The notes: generated by a model not told the origin, from the letters alone. Positions 12,250 through 27,946 are shown, numbered from the stretch's first letter. The stretch: DNA of 64,000 nt from Octopus sinensis (GCF_006345805.1 NC_043018.1:17546001-17610000); one strand, 5' to 3'. Program-made: numbers and translations.

Positions 12250-13010
12250 TTAGTAATGGTTTCGAATTTTTGCACAATGCCAGCAACTTCGGAGGAAGGA
12301 ATGAGTCAATTACATTGACCCCTGTGCTCAACTGGTCCTTATTTTATCGAACCCGCAATAATGAAAAGCAAAGTTGACCCCTCAACCCGGTGTGCTAACA
12401 AGTCTGCCAGCTCGTCGCTTTTTTTAAGGTGTTAAAATTTGGGACAAGACCAGAAGGTTTCGAGGATGTGCCAGGTCGATGAAGTCGACCCCAGTGCTCA
12501 CCAAATCGTACTTCTTTTATCGCCTCTGAAAGGCAGAATGGCGGAATTTGAACTCAGAACGTAGCGGCAGACGAAATACTTATTTCTTTACTACCTTCAA
12601 ATTCCGCCGAGGTCGACTTTGCCTTTCATCCTTTCGGGGTCTATGAAATAAGTACCAGTTACGCAATGGGGTCCATATAATCGACTTAATCCGTCTGTCT
12701 GTCCATGTTTGTCCTCTTTGACGAAATACCACTAAGCATTTCGCCCGGTGTGCTAATGACTCTGCCACCTCGCCACTTTAATAATAATTATACAAATAAG
12801 GCGAGATGGCAGAATAGCTAGCATCCCGTCAACATACTTAGTGGCATTTTATACAGCATTACGATCTGATTTCAAATGCTACCAATGTCGACTTGGCCTC
12901 TTATTCCTTCGGGGTCGATTAAACAAGTACCATTTGGTTACTGAGATTGATGTCAATTAGCATTCTACTTCCTAAAAAACATCTAGCCTTTTGTCAATAT
13001 TTGAAACCAC
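12250..13010. mobile_element. cluster of SINE family B copies including a nested 5'-inverted copy (12580-12719)
   Basis: family B motifs on both strands; gacgaaatac duplicated at 12570-12579 and 12720-12729. Confidence 0.75.
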
Positions 13011-13742
13011 TATTGCTGTTGGTGTTGCTGCTGTTGTTGTTGTCGTCGTTGTTGTTATTCTCGTGCTGTTGTCGTTGCTGATATTTCACTTGTTCTTTTC
13101 CCTTTTACTTTGACGTTGCTATTTTCAAGTGGCTTTGAAGACTCTTGTCTTCTGCAAACTCTTTATAATCTCCTCGCATTATTTTTTGTGAGTGTCCAAT
13201 TATCGCGTCGTAATTAATGACAGAACATTTTTTAAAAAAATTATTTTTGAAGTTTCAGTTACGACTCTTTAATTAAACTGAGGATGCACTTCTTTTGGAG
13301 TGGATGAATGAGGTGATTAGTTGGATATGCTTTTAATTTTGTTTATAAAGTTCCACTTACTTTCGTAACAAATTGCCTTCCTTCTATTGCTTAGAATTTT
13401 GAAACATTTCAGAAAATACACAGACATTTATTTCATAATTACAAAAAACAAAACAAAAATAGAGCTTAATTTAACACTGAAATATGCGCGGCGCAGAATA
13501 AACATAATATTTCATACAACAAATAACAATGGCAATTAGAAGTACGATAGTAAATCATTTACTTATTAGGCTTGCTTAAATGTAATTCTTACTATGATAA
13601 ACTCACAGACAAATCTCAGAAAATGGACGTCACTGACTGCAATTTTATCATAGTATGGTGAAGCTAAAAAGTAATGTTACCCTGTCTTTGAAAATGGTTG
13701 GATACACAACATGCTATCCACTAAGCTGTTGCTGCACTGGAC

Positions 13743-14127
13743 TGGAAGCACTCCGTATGTTACGACGACGAGGGTTCCGGTTGATCCGAATCAACGGAAC
13801 AGCCTGCTCGTAAAATTAACGTGTAAGTGGCTGAGCACTCCACAGACGCGTGCACACTTAACGTAGTTCTCGGGGATATTCAGCGTGACACAGAGAGTGA
13901 CAAGGCCGGCTCTTTGAAATACAGGTACAACAGAAACAGGAAGTAAGAGTGAGAGAAAGTTGTGGTGAAAGAGTACAGCAGGGATCACCACCATCCCCTG
14001 CCGGAGCCTTGTGGAGCTTTAGGTGTTTTCGCTCAATAAACACTCACAACGCCCGGTCTGGGAATGGAAGCCGCGATCCTATGACCGCGAGTCCGCTTCC
14101 CTAACCACTGGGCCATTGCGCCTCCAC
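13743..14127 (-). mobile_element. SINE family C (tRNA-derived head)
   Basis: reverse complement begins gtggaggcgcaatggcccagtggttaggg; TSD-like ttgctgcact on both sides. Confidence 0.9.
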
Positions 14128-14632
14128 TTTTGCTGCACTACTGAATTACTGATTACCACGGAATACTTTTTACTATAATGGTGGTGTGGTAAGTTTAAGT
14201 TGTTTCTATTTCTAGATTTATATTTCGAATCACTGTACATTTTTCCATTTCTTTTTTTTTGTAAGATATATCATGATCTCTTCAGAGAGTGCAAATAAGG
14301 TTAACTTTAGAGTACGATAATTCCTGAGAGTGTTTTTTTGTCCCGTCTTCAGTTTTAAAAGTAAACCTTTTGGGGTTTTATACCTTTCCTCCGATGACAT
14401 ACAGGATCTCTCACTTAATCTTTCTTTCTCTTTCTCTCGCTCTCTCTCGACATCTTAGAACTACAATTATAGATGTCACTGTCTGAGAGATTACTACCAT
14501 AAAAAAATGAATAATTTTCGTATTGCAAATCTCAAGAGCATGACTGGGAGCGATACGATCAATGAATATTTTAAGAGGGAATATGCAGTACGGGTAGGTA
14601 CAGCAACAACACCAAATCTTTCGCGGTTATAA

Positions 14633-14872
14633 TACGAGGGGCGTTCAATAAGTAATGCCCCTGACCCACTTGCAATTGTTTGATCTAGCTGAAATTTTGC
14701 ATGTGCACTTATTTATACCTCTATAGATTGCGAATTTTGGTTTCTGATTTACAGGTGTTTGAACTGAGTCAAGTGTGAAATTGACCCTGTTGAGTGTCGA
14801 GCAGTGATCTGGTTTTTGCATTTGAAAGGACGCACCCCACGGGAGACTTTTGATGAAATGAAAGTAGATATC
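14633..14872 (+). mobile_element. mariner 5' end relic
   Basis: TA-cgaggggcgttcaataagtaatg TIR-like start; translates EIDPVECRAVIWFLHLKGRTPRETFDEMKV (mariner N-terminal HTH). Confidence 0.8.
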
Positions 14873-15745
14873 TACAACCCAGCATCGTCGGAAGAAGCGA
14901 GGCATTAAGAGAAGACTACGTTCATTGATGCCAATAAGAGAAGGAAGATTAAGAATGATTGTTAAAATTTTTCACCAATCAGTTGAATAATTTTCATTCT
15001 GCTTCCGTTTTAGTTCTACGTAAATCGGGAACTAAATTAGCGGAAATTGAATATAATTTCTATATAACCACGATATAGCACTGTGAGTAGCTCGTTCAAA
15101 CATTGCTTTTCTGATGGATGTGTGTAATGAAAATACTTAACTCAGGTGGGCATTATGAATTAATTATAATGTCATTTTATCTCTCACCTTGACACACTTG
15201 AATGAAGATGCAAGTTTAACAAAACGTTTACAGGACTTTGTAATGCTGGTTATCAAAACAGGTAACGGTAAAGGTCAAAAACAAATTTTAGAAAAATATA
15301 CGAAAGCCAATGAAAATGATGCGTTTGACCTTCAAAATATAGTTTGCTACTTCAAATATCATTTGGAACGTTCCACATGAGTAAAGAAATGTGGTAGAAT
15401 AATTACTGTCATATTATATTGTACAATAACACCCCGGCATTTGATAACAGTATCTTAGTAAATTGATTCTAAGTGTTTGTTATCGTTTCGAGGTGAAGTG
15501 GATGCAGTAATTTTGAGTAACAATCACTAAACAACACAGGTCACACTTCTACACAAATAAGCATGAATCGACCTCTTCTACTCAATATTTACGTATCATA
15601 ATGCAAATTAGCCTCCACATATACGTCCTTGATGTTGATGACGTCCCTGATGTCGATAATACTCCTCAACAGCTGCCTCCCATCTCCCCATAATTATTTC
15701 TTTAGAGACACTTGCACAGCAACGAGTCACGTTTTCTTTCTTTAC

Positions 15746-15876
<131 letters not shown>

Positions 15877-16987
15877 GATCGATCTTACAACGATTTACGC
15901 ATTTTGTTAACAGAATTTAGCCTCTACACGCCAGATGTGCTTCTGTCTCTTTACTTCCGCAAGAAAAATCAGAATAGTCATTTCCTTTACCAGCAAGTGA
16001 AGTGGATAAATTGTATTTTTAAGTCACAAACATTCCTAGGAATGTAACAAAGGGAAGCTGTAGGTGTGCGCACGCGTGCGTATATATGTATATACATACA
16101 TACATACACGCATACATGCATAGATACATACATACTTACCTAATTACTTATATACATATATATTTCACAAGACAAATGTGGAGACCTCCTCAGCTGTTTT
16201 CCCAGTATTCTATATAAAAGCAAAGCAATGTTAATGAAATTATTTTAACAATGTAACATTTTTGTATAAAAAGATTCTACCGAACAGATTCTAATGTATC
16301 TATTAAATATAGTAATAGAATGTTTAGTAAAGGTTTGGTGAATGCTGATTAGATCATTGCAAATCATTATTGTAAGAAAAAAAAGTTTTCAGCATAGTTT
16401 AGTATAAAGTGACAAAACCCAAAACAGCTACAATAAACATCCATTGAAATTTCAAAATGAGAAAAACTGTATTGCCCCGGGAAACTAGTCGATGGTACAT
16501 CAGATTGCATTATGTTTAGAATGTCTTTTGTACCAAAAAGTAAAGGACGGAAATATAAGCAAGCGGTAACAGAACAAGAAAACTGCTGATACAAGTACTG
16601 CCAATTAAACATCAGTTCGGGGAGATGCTACCTTCAATTGAAATGCCAAAATTCTACGCTATTAAAAGAGAAGCTGAATTTTTTTTTTCCATTGAAAAGT
16701 ATTCAAAATGAATATGCCAGTTATATCTTACGTCTACCAATATTGATTATATCTGGTTAATCACAAGTCTTTTTCATATACATTATCCGAACTATGAGAC
16801 TACGTTTCTGTGTGTATTATTATAACCAAACGATTCGTAGAATAATGTCGTATCATCCTCAAACCGTTCTGGGGTTTAATATACCGTGCCATAATTGCTT
16901 CTTGTTGCTGATCTCGTGGTACATAGGCTGTACATGAAGAAATTAAGTCGACATTTTGTAAAGATATTTTCTGTTATCTCTAAGGTT

Positions 16988-17328
16988 ATAAAAGACCCCC
17001 CTTCGGTCATGAATGACCACAGGATTGCACCTAGAAAGTTACCCTCCTAGACACAAGTCCGGGCAAGGTTGTTTATGGAAGACCAGCAGTCGCCCATGCA
17101 TACCAGCCTCCCCTCTCCACGCCACCAGTGTTATCCAAGGGAAAGACAAAGGTCGATACAGCTTGGCACCAGTGACGTCGCAACTCATTTCTACAGCTGA
17201 GTGAACTGGAGCAACGTGAAAATAAAGTGCTTTGCTCAAGAACACAACACGCAGCCCGGTCCGGGATTCGAGCTCACAACCTCACGATCGTAAGCTCGAC
17301 GCTCTAACCACTGAGCCATGCGCTTCAC
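16988..17328 (-). mobile_element. SINE family D (tRNA-derived head plus conserved core)
   Basis: reverse complement gtgaagcgcatggctcagtggttagagcg...gtgttcttgagcaaagcactttatttcacgttgctccag; partial copy at 45245-45360 (+). Confidence 0.85.
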
Positions 17329-17599
17329 ATTGTTATACTCTGAAGGATATTTCTTTATATGGTCTTAGATTTCGCCTGCCTTTCAAGATGCTGTTTTCAC
17401 ACTTGCTTAAGCTAAACAGAGCAAAGTAAATATGTGCTGAGCCTGAAAACTCTATAACCAGGACCACCCGATCTAACAGAGAATAGTTATGTTTTAAAAG
17501 ATAAGATTTTAAAGGATTTTATTTATATCTAATAGGTCGAGCAACCACACGATGATTATTACGCTGAGTGATCGAAACATGTATGATGTAACTGTAAAC

Positions 17600-18040
17600 A
17601 TCTGAATTTTCTCTCCAAATATCCATGCGTGTAGTTAGCATTTGCCTCATCGTGGGTTCGTTCATTTATCTATGTTAAACGTCTGCACAAAAGTAGATAT
17701 TTCTACTGTAGGGTTTCATTAGCAAGCGTTTCCTCAAGACGCGCTATCTGTCGTTGGAGGAATCTGAGTTTCCAGACCTTTTCTTATGGATTTCTTGGGG
17801 CATCGCAAGAGCTTTTGGCGAAACTGCTCGACCGTCTCTTCCGATCTTACTGGTCGTCCAGTTCCTTTAGCCCTGCACAGATACCCTTCTTCTGAATTTT
17901 TTGTACCCTGTCCAAATCTGCATTGGCGTTGGTGACTTTTTAGAGAACTCTCTCACAAATGCACTTTGCGCATCCTTGTTCGACTGTGTTTGAGCATACT
18001 GCAACACAGAAAACGCCTTTCCTCTTCCAGTGAATGCCAT
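17600..18040 (-). pseudogene. Tc1/mariner-superfamily transposase relic (DUF4817-like N-terminus)
   Basis: frameshifted translation MAFTGRGKAFSVLQYAQTQS...GYLCRAKGTGRPVRSEETVEQFRQKLLRCPKKSIRK...VLRKRLLMKPY. Confidence 0.75.
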
Positions 18041-19035
18041 TACGTAATATGTTACTTTCGTAATATGTCACTTTCATAGTTTCGTATTTAGCATAGTTAT
18101 CGGTACATTTATTGAACAATACTTTCATTGTTTAGTAATGCGTTACATCCATAGACATAAATGCAATATCAGAGAAATAAAAGCAGGTACAACCTTGTGA
18201 TTTATCATCTAATGCAGGCTGGCATATTAATTGAGCTTCGATGTATGTGTAAATTGCAATCCAACTATCAACTCAAGATGTCATTAAACTTTAAATTGAG
18301 CATACCAAACGCAGTTGGAACTTTAAAAGGTTTCATCGTCTAATTAAACCAATTTAAAATGCGACAATAGAAATACCAAAGCATGGTAGATAGTTAATGA
18401 AGTATTACAAATGTTCTGCAACTGTCATTAAAGCAACAGTTTAAATTAATTTATAAACGTAAATATCATTATATAATGCATACTTACAATGTCTGTCTAA
18501 ATGTTACAATCTCTGTCTGAAAACCACAACAAATGCTAAATGTTGAGGTGAATGATGGATCGTTAAACTATATACTTCGCAAATAGAAATCGATGCAGTG
18601 AAGGTGTGACCTGGAACATAAATAAACGTAGCAAGTAAGAGACAAAGTTTTAAATGGTGTCAATAATTATATTCCTCACATGTAGCATGTAACATGTAGC
18701 GCTGTACTGGGGAAGATTTCATAACTAGAAATATCTGTCAATATTTCTAGGGCTCTAAAATTAATTAGATCATTAAGTATGTCGGTTTCTGCAGCCAGGT
18801 TCTTGCATACAAGGAGTAAACATATCAAAATGTGTAAGTGATGGAGATATGCGAAATAAATTGTTCACTTTCAGGAAAAAATAATAAACTAACACGAAAA
18901 ATTCGCATTAAAAGCTAGTGGGGATCTAAAAATGATATGAACCCGATGAGCATGATGAAGTTATTAATCCCGTTTACAAGTCGGGACAAATACTGCTATA
19001 TCTCATGAATATAAGGTAAACAAAGTACCTCTCTG

Positions 19036-19224
19036 CAGAAATACGTGGATAGGTAGGGATTTCCAAGGATTCTGTGACCTGAAAAGGAAAAATATCTGTC
19101 AAATATTCTCTTCAGGCTATGGCTGTATCTACTACCCAGGCCCCTCACACCAAACACTACTTTCAATTTTTCCTTTCCAGGGTCACAGACTCCATGGAAA
19201 TCCCTACCTATCCACGTATTTCTG
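19036..19224. repeat. MITE-like inverted repeat, about 58-bp arms
   Basis: 19036-19093 is the near reverse complement of 19165-19224. Confidence 0.7.
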
Positions 19225-19967
19225 GCAGCAAGTGTTGTGACCCCTCTACAAAGGTAATGTTAACAACAATAATCCATCGGCATCGCAGAAGGGGAGAAGT
19301 ACACAGGCATATTATTCAATTATTGGCTGTTTCGACATGTAAATACAATCTGTATTATTATCAATGATAATAACAATAAAAATAGTATTAATAAAAACAA
19401 CCATTGTTGATGCATTACAGAAACAAAAGCTCTAGAATTTATTGTCATCATTTATTCATTTTTTTAATTCCTCTGAGTTGGCAACAATAAATCTATAGAA
19501 TTGGTTTTTGCATATAATCACCTAAACCTCTGTCCTAAAATTATGGCGCTTTGTACACATTTTAAATCAATATCGTGATAAACAATTCCTGCTCTCATTA
19601 GGTATGGAACTTTTGGTTTCGGACAATCTTTTCTGTTCTTTTATTTATTTATCTATATTTATTTATTTATTTGCTCTGAGGTCTTTTTTTTTTTACCGTT
19701 TTGTGGTGTTTGCGTTTCGTAATTTTCACTGCAGAATGTTTACATTGAAGACTACCAACGTCAGACGCATCTGCTACTTTGCCGAATATATCTGAATGTT
19801 CGTGCGAGTATTGTATAATATTTATCTGCAGCTGAATTGGTAATTTTTTTAATATTTATTTCTTGTTTTCATAACTGTCACCAGAAATGCTGAAATCGTG
19901 CTTCATCTATGCTGGTTAATTTTGAATATTCAATCTTGTTTTCTTATCTATTCACTGCTCATCTCCA

Positions 19968-20352
<385 letters not shown>

Positions 20353-20572
20353 ACGTTATATGCTGCAGTGATTTGTAGATATTTTTGATAATTGAAATGT
20401 TGATATCCTGCGTGATGTTGCATTTCTGGCGATCGCGTTAATATAAGTTGCAGTCTGTCATGCGAGTTCTTTTCAGTAGGAATTAGTTGTAAAATTATAT
20501 GTGCCTTCTGAGTGTATGTTTCTACGTGTCAATATGCAAATTTGCGTATGAGGGTGTGTATACATACATACT

Positions 20573-20614
<42 letters not shown>

Positions 20615-20905
20615 CATACATATACACACATATATACATATATATATATATATATATAATAAATTAAAGACAGAAGAAGGAATATACGAGAATATATTAT
20701 TAATCACAACAATTGTTTCGACACATCTAACATCGATTCGTCTTGTGGGACACACAAAAACCTGGTTCATGAGTATCCGGTGGTGCAGACGTATCACGTC
20801 GGTGGATAAATAAATATAAAAATCTGGTTAACATGACTGTTCCATAACAGTCTGCTACATTTCGTTTTATAGAGAGAAAAACAACAAGACGGAGGAAAAT
20901 TCTTT

Positions 20906-21071
20906 AGGAGTGGCTGTGTGGTAAGTAGCTTGCTTACCAACCACATGGTTCCGGGTTCAGTCCCACTGCGTGGCACCTTGGGCAAGTGTCTTCTACTATA
21001 GCCTCGGGCCGACCAAAGCCTTGTGAATGGCTTTGGTAGACGGAAACTGAAAGAAGCGTGTCGTATATATG

Positions 21072-21148
<77 letters not shown>

Positions 21149-21392
21149 ATATGTATGTATGTATGTATGTGTGTATGTATATGTTTGTGTGTCTGTGTTT
21201 GTCCTCCCAACATCGCTTGACAACCGATGCTGGTGTGTTTACGTCCCCGTAACATAGCGGTTCGGCAAAAGATACCGATAGAATAAGTACTAGGCTTACA
21301 AAGTATAAGTCCTGGAGTCGATTTGCTCGACTAAAGACGGTGCTCCAGCATGGCCACAGTCAAATGACTGAAACAAGTAAAAGAGTAAGAGA
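20906..21392 (+). mobile_element. SINE family A (tRNA-derived head, internal TA/TG microsatellite)
   Basis: ggagtggctgtgtggtaag...ggttccgggttcagtccc head, ...gactgaaacaagtaaaagag tail. Confidence 0.9.
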
Positions 21393-22123
21393 GAATATAG
21401 AAGATCCAAAAATAAAATTGCAGGAGACAAAAAAATAAACGAACAGTTACTGCAGCGAGAAAAGAATTGAAAATAACCGTTAACCGATATGGATGTATAA
21501 ACGCTCTTGGACAAGCAGCATGGCTCGAGTACACACGTTCATGCAAGCATTAGCAAAAATGTGAGCATAATCACACGCGAGGTTAGGTGCACTCATATTT
21601 ACAAAGCGAGTTAGATATTTTGTAGGTGGATGCGTACGTATATGAATGGATTTATGTATACACCTGTACTTGTGTGAGTGTATGTGTGTCACCGTGTGAG
21701 CTATGAGCGCGCGGAGTTGGTGTACGATCGCTGAAAGAGGACTGCAAGTACCGAGTTGTAAGAGTGGGGTTAACGTGAACGCAATGCTTGTAGATGAATC
21801 ATACTTGAGAAAATTAAAATATACCGGTTCCATCGACTAAGTTTACGCTAACGTGATAGGTAACGGAGTATCCAAGAAGTGCCTTCCTACTAATATCAGC
21901 CAGATGTAACTTACTGTCTGTGGACTAACGGTTATCATTGAATGCGAAAGTATCCTTGCCTTTCACCAAGATGCAATCAGTCTTGATTATAAACACTAAG
22001 ATACTCACAGGTGCAGGAAATCCTCCCTCCTCTCATATAATTTATCAGCGGTGCAATCTGGACCACGATACAAGATTTGAGGTATTTTCTTGGAGAGAAC
22101 GTATATTATATATAGATACATAA

Positions 22124-22165
<42 letters not shown>

Positions 22166-22399
22166 ATATATACATATATATATGTAATACTTTTGATATA
22201 TATTTAAAAAAATAATATAAGTTGATTAATTTTATGTATTGGCTTATGTTTTTCATTGTTTGATTTGCCTAATAGTGGTTTTATCTCTAATTTAATATAA
22301 TATAATATAATATAATATATTTATACTATAAAATTGGATTTAATTCTAAATCTGATTCTTCCCTGTAAGTTTCGTTTATTCCCTAATATTTTATTATTA

Positions 22400-22439
<40 letters not shown>

Positions 22440-24289
22440 TGAGAGAGAGAGGGAGATAGGTAGATAGATAGATACCATGTTATACAATGTATATATGCCA
22501 TATTTTATATATGCATATATTTATATATATTATGTTAAATTGATATTACATTATATTATATATATTATATTATATATATTATATGGTGTCTTTATTACGT
22601 TATATTATATGTGTGTGTGCATGTATATAATGTATATCTACATCTATATATGTATGTATGTATGTATTTATGTTTGCATGTATGTATGCATGTATGTATG
22701 TATGTATATGCAACCATGTAGGCACGTATATATTTATCACATTATATATTTAATATAATTGGGTAGATAGAAATCTGGCAAAGCCACTTTCATGTTGAAA
22801 GGTTCCACGCGTATTGGAAAAAGCCAGATGGGATTTTCCCGAACAGAATTAATAGACCGAACATCATGGCAGGTTACACGAGATAGCTGAACAGCGAGTT
22901 CTCATTTATATGAATCATTTTCATTTAATGTTTAATTTAGGGTTGAACGAATGTGGTGAGATTTTATGTGGCCAATAACGTCCCGATTGGCTTTAAAAAG
23001 CACCTTGTCACGGAGCCTTCAATGTGCAGAGGATGTGATGTGTTTTTAATTTGACAGGTAGTTTCTGATTAAACATGAACCACATCATTCATATTTGGCT
23101 TGAACGAAATGAGAGATCATAAGGTTTCCTCGATCCTGTTCTATGCCGATACAATGATCTTACGTGTTCATCAAGAAAGATAACAAGCACCACTATGCTT
23201 AAGACTAATTTAAAGTGATGGTTGGTGGAAACCTTGTAAAATGATCGTTTTGGAGGAGATATAGATAGAGGAATAGGGAATTGTGAAAGTATAAGTACAG
23301 CAGCATAAAAATGTGTCGGTTTGAAACAAAATAAATTGAAGAAAACTATTTACCATAGGAATACAGTTTTATTAAAAATCTGAAATAGCTGTGTGGACTT
23401 TTAACCTCTTCATATTTTCTGAGGTCATAGACTCACCTTTGTTTTTCCTCTCAAAAATAGAAGTTTTAAGATTTCCTTTACAAGTTGAACTAAGGCATAA
23501 ACTTTGGTTTAGATCGATAGTAAACACAGTACGTATTATTATTATTATTATTATTATTGCTTCTTTTCTAAAAAGTAATGACGGCCATTTCCCTTCGGGT
23601 TACATATAACGAGGTTTTGTCCTCCCTCCCGAAGAGGCCAACCCCTGATTTTTATTTATTGAAATGAAAATAATCATGAAAAATAATTTTGTGTGATGGG
23701 ATTATACATTTGCAGCTATTGCTTACTAAGCTCAATTTCTTCGGTTTAACAATATCCTTAAGATAAATAATTAATCGCCCTGTCCTTTCGTGCGATAAAT
23801 AATAGCATCTGTGTATTGGTTTTTCGTGACCAATGTTATCTATCAGTAAATAATCTGTAGGAATAGAAGTTGTGACGCTGAGTCTTTTGTCATTAAACAC
23901 AACTAAGCATTGAATCCCAGTCGCCAAATCTCTTATCCAACAGCCTAGTTAGAGATTTTCTTTACAACGTCACCTTTTACATTATTAATTACTAGTCAGG
24001 TAATTTTACATTCCTTATCTAAAATAAAAGTCAATGGTTTCAGGAGCACGAGATTTGGCATGACATCGAGAAGAATAATATTTATTGTCGATTACAAATC
24101 AAAATCATGCTATAAATAATTAACGTGTTAGAAATGAATGCTCCGTAGGGAATTAATGTTGTTTTTCAAACGTGAGTGTTCGTTTTAATATATTGCGGCA
24201 AAGGTTGCAATGAGGCTGCTATAAGCACGATTTTATAGAAGGGTATTGTGAGAGGAAAAAAAAATATCTGTATTACAATCGTGTTGTGA

Positions 24290-24556
24290 ACCTCGACAAC
24301 ACAGTTTCGATTCCAGCCTGAAAACGGAGAGGGGCTTTCTCCGTCCGGGTTGCGGATCCGTGGAACAAGCTGCCAGACGAGATGGAGAAGATGCCGACGA
24401 CCACTTTGTTCAAAGCCTCCCTTGACCTCAAGTGGCCTGAACTCTTTACACGAACACCACCCTGTACTTAACTCCATGTCCCCCTACATGGCCTTGCTAT
24501 TTGCTTTTGAGCCAAATTAACTGAGTAACTAACTAACTAACTAACTAAGTAACTAA
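24290..24556 (+). mobile_element. CR1/L2-type LINE 3' end
   Basis: RRGAFSVRVADPWNKLPDEMEKMPTTTLFKASLDLKWPELF, then 3' UTR and (AACT)n tail. Confidence 0.8.
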
Positions 24557-27500
24557 ATACTTTTTTGTTCACAAGCTTGAGAATCAGAAAATTTGTTTTT
24601 CAAACAGAGATGAAATCACACAGGAAATTTAAATATCAATAAACAGTTCTTTGTTTATTTTGTATTTTGTAGTTATTTAGTCTAGAAGAAAAGATATTCT
24701 TCACAACTTTTGCTGACGAAAGATGTAAAGAATAGGTAAAATGTAAACGTAGATAATATTCTGCTCAAACTTCACGAAGGCAGCTATATCGGGAAAAACA
24801 TTGGCACAGAAGGGATTTCGATGGGATTAAGTTTTGAATAGTAAAGAGTGGTTATACTGTTTGGTGCGGTACTTTGTGTGACAGGCGCACTATCGATGAT
24901 GTGGGGGGTGGTCTGATCAGTGAAACGTGAGTGCTTAGGTGAAATGTGATGACGAGAACGCAAGTCACTTTAGTGACGATATGATATGTATGAAGGCCAC
25001 AGTAGAAATCTGTTGGTAAACAAATATAGATGGATAATTTGGATGGACCTTTACTGAATGGGGGTCAGGTTACATTATTGTGCACCAGTAGCAGCGGCAC
25101 ATACGGGGAAACAGCATCATATACAATTGTAGAACTTATCTACGACAAGTCACACATTCCAACAAGTCACTTAGTTTTTCTGTACCAGACTCAGAGGTAG
25201 TTTTTTATACAAACGAATATTATGACTTCAAGGTGAACCACTCCTGATATACCCAGGTTTCATTTTAACCAACGATATGCATTAATGGACATCGAGAAAA
25301 TTAGGAATCTACACCCGGCTAATTGAAAAATGTCCCTACTTATATCAAGTAATCTTTCTTCACTTGCTATAATCACAAGGTACCTAAACAACTATAAGCT
25401 GCCAAAAATATGCAGTGTTTCAATATCGCACAGTCCTCCGGTATTTAACACCCAATTATATTTTAACAAAATGGTTTCATAAAGACAAAAATACATTTTT
25501 AAAGCCATATAGTCTTTCAGATCTGATCGGTAGCTGATAGAAAGGAATAACCTCCTATATGTTAAAATTCAAAATCATGACAAATGACTAATTAAAAATT
25601 CCTTGTCCAGGCTCTGGTTTACGGAAACGCTGCTTCATCAAACCATTCGTTTTACACTGGTTGCGGTATCTACATTTTTTAGTATATTATCTGCCTACTG
25701 TAGTCACCTAGAAGCAACCTGTGTGTGCATTTGCCACACTCTTTTGATCCTTGCCCTACCTCATCATTTATTTTCCCCTACTCCCTTTTGACACCTCTTC
25801 TTTGGGAATGACATCCTATTCGCGTTTCTTTTGCAGCTATCGGACTACCGAATATCGTTAAAAATAACTTCGGTTATAATTGGAAGAGATCACCTTCGAC
25901 GAGTACATTTGGCGGATTTATCATGTGATACGCATATTATTATTTCCTTTCCACCCTCTTCAACATTCAAGTTCAAAAACACCTTTGTCTTCATTATTTG
26001 TGCCCTATGTTGTAATAAATAATCATTTAAAAATATTTCTATATTCAGATCGAGCAATTTGTTTATATTAAAGACCAAATTTAGCGTGACTACTATTATT
26101 TGAATTAGAACTTCATTCAATTCCTTCAATGACAGGGGGGAAAATCACGTATTAGTCTATAAAATGGTATTATCTAATAAAAGAAACGTTTTTCGCCCCA
26201 TTTGTTTTATTTACACAACCACGAGTTCAAATGCCGCTGACATCAACATTTCATTTGTCCTTCCAAGATCGATAAATTATAGTACATGTTACTCGATGTC
26301 ATCGATTAATACTCACTGCTAGAAATTAGGAGCCTTGTACCTAAACCATGCAGCAATATTTACACAGAAGTACAAATGAAATAAATAGATTTATTGTAAA
26401 GACGGAATGTCGACAATAATACAAATCTGGTTTAGGTTCCGTCTCAAGTCCTTAATGAAGGATTTGAATGAGATCCGACCTCAGGATGTCATTCCCAAAG
26501 AAGAGGTGTGAGTAGGGAGTAGGGGTGTTCATTGTGGGAAAATGAATGATGAGGTAGGGCAAGGATCAGAAAAGTTTGGTAAACAACAATAGCAATGATT
26601 CTTATGTGAACCAGTAGGGACGGAGCTCTACTCGGTGTGGAAGCCTATTATAAATACCAGTCATCTATCCACCTTTTACACTCGTGGTCCAAAAAGACAA
26701 ATAATCTAGCTAATGAATTTCCAGTTATGCAGTCCTTAATTGAGAGACGAAATGTTCATGCTTGGGACAACCTTGCACAACGAACCACACACATCATAAC
26801 AAACAATTTCAGCACGAACAACTTCCCTTATAGAATTCAAATAAGTCTTCCCCTCGCCTTCAAACTGGATTGAACGAAAAGTTCTAAGTATGAATTTTGA
26901 ATTGATCTCAGAGAGTTCTGATTCATTTTCAGCAGCATCGATCGGGTTGGGAATCTCGCATATTCTTTGTTTAGTCGTTCCATTTTACATGATTGCTTGC
27001 TTCCTTTCAATTCAACGACAAACTTAGTGATTTGTATTCTTTAAATTTTCGACTTTAATTAATTTTACGAAACTCTGGCTAACATGTTTCCTTTCAAACT
27101 TTTATATAATGCAATTTTGCAAATACGAAGTATTTGCTAAAGAAATAAAATTGATAATAATAATATTGATAATAAGGATTAACGCGATTGACGAATCATG
27201 ATGATTATTATTATAATGATTGAGAATAAGAAAACCAATTCGAATAATCATAAAATATCTTGTCGATCAGAAGCTACAAAATAATATAAAAAATGTAAAA
27301 ATCAACATTTTTTTTTTTCAAGAGTCATTAATTTTCGGAATAAGCAAATGTGTTTCACGCTTCGTCAAACAGATTAAATGAATTAAAACAGATTTAATCA
27401 TGCAGCAATTCTTTCAATACATATAATCATCCGACTGGAAATAATTTCTTTTTAAACAGCATATAAATTTTAAACATCAGCATCACAAGGAATAATCATA

Positions 27501-27657
27501 CAGCAAAATTCAATGCCAAATTCATCAGCTGCTTTTACAGTACAATAATTTCTGTCTTGTTACAATATTTTCTCCATTTATCTATTTGTTCGTGCATCTA
27601 TCCTAGGAGTGTTTCGCTTTCGCTTTCTTCTGTTGTCTCTGCCCCTCTTACTGAATC

Positions 27658-27694
<37 letters not shown>

Positions 27695-27946
27695 GTATAT
27701 ATATATATATATATATATATTATATTGTTGTATTTATTTACGTTAGTGAGGCGCCTGCCTGTGCGATGTCAATGTAACTAAAGATAGCTTCATTATTTTC
27801 AATTCGGTATATGGGTTTCTCTACAAATATTCCCATTATCTTTGATTCCAATTTGCCGTGATTTCATATGAATATATACATGCACACCTAACTACCTACC
27901 TACATACATACATATATACATGATACATACACGCACGCATAGATAT

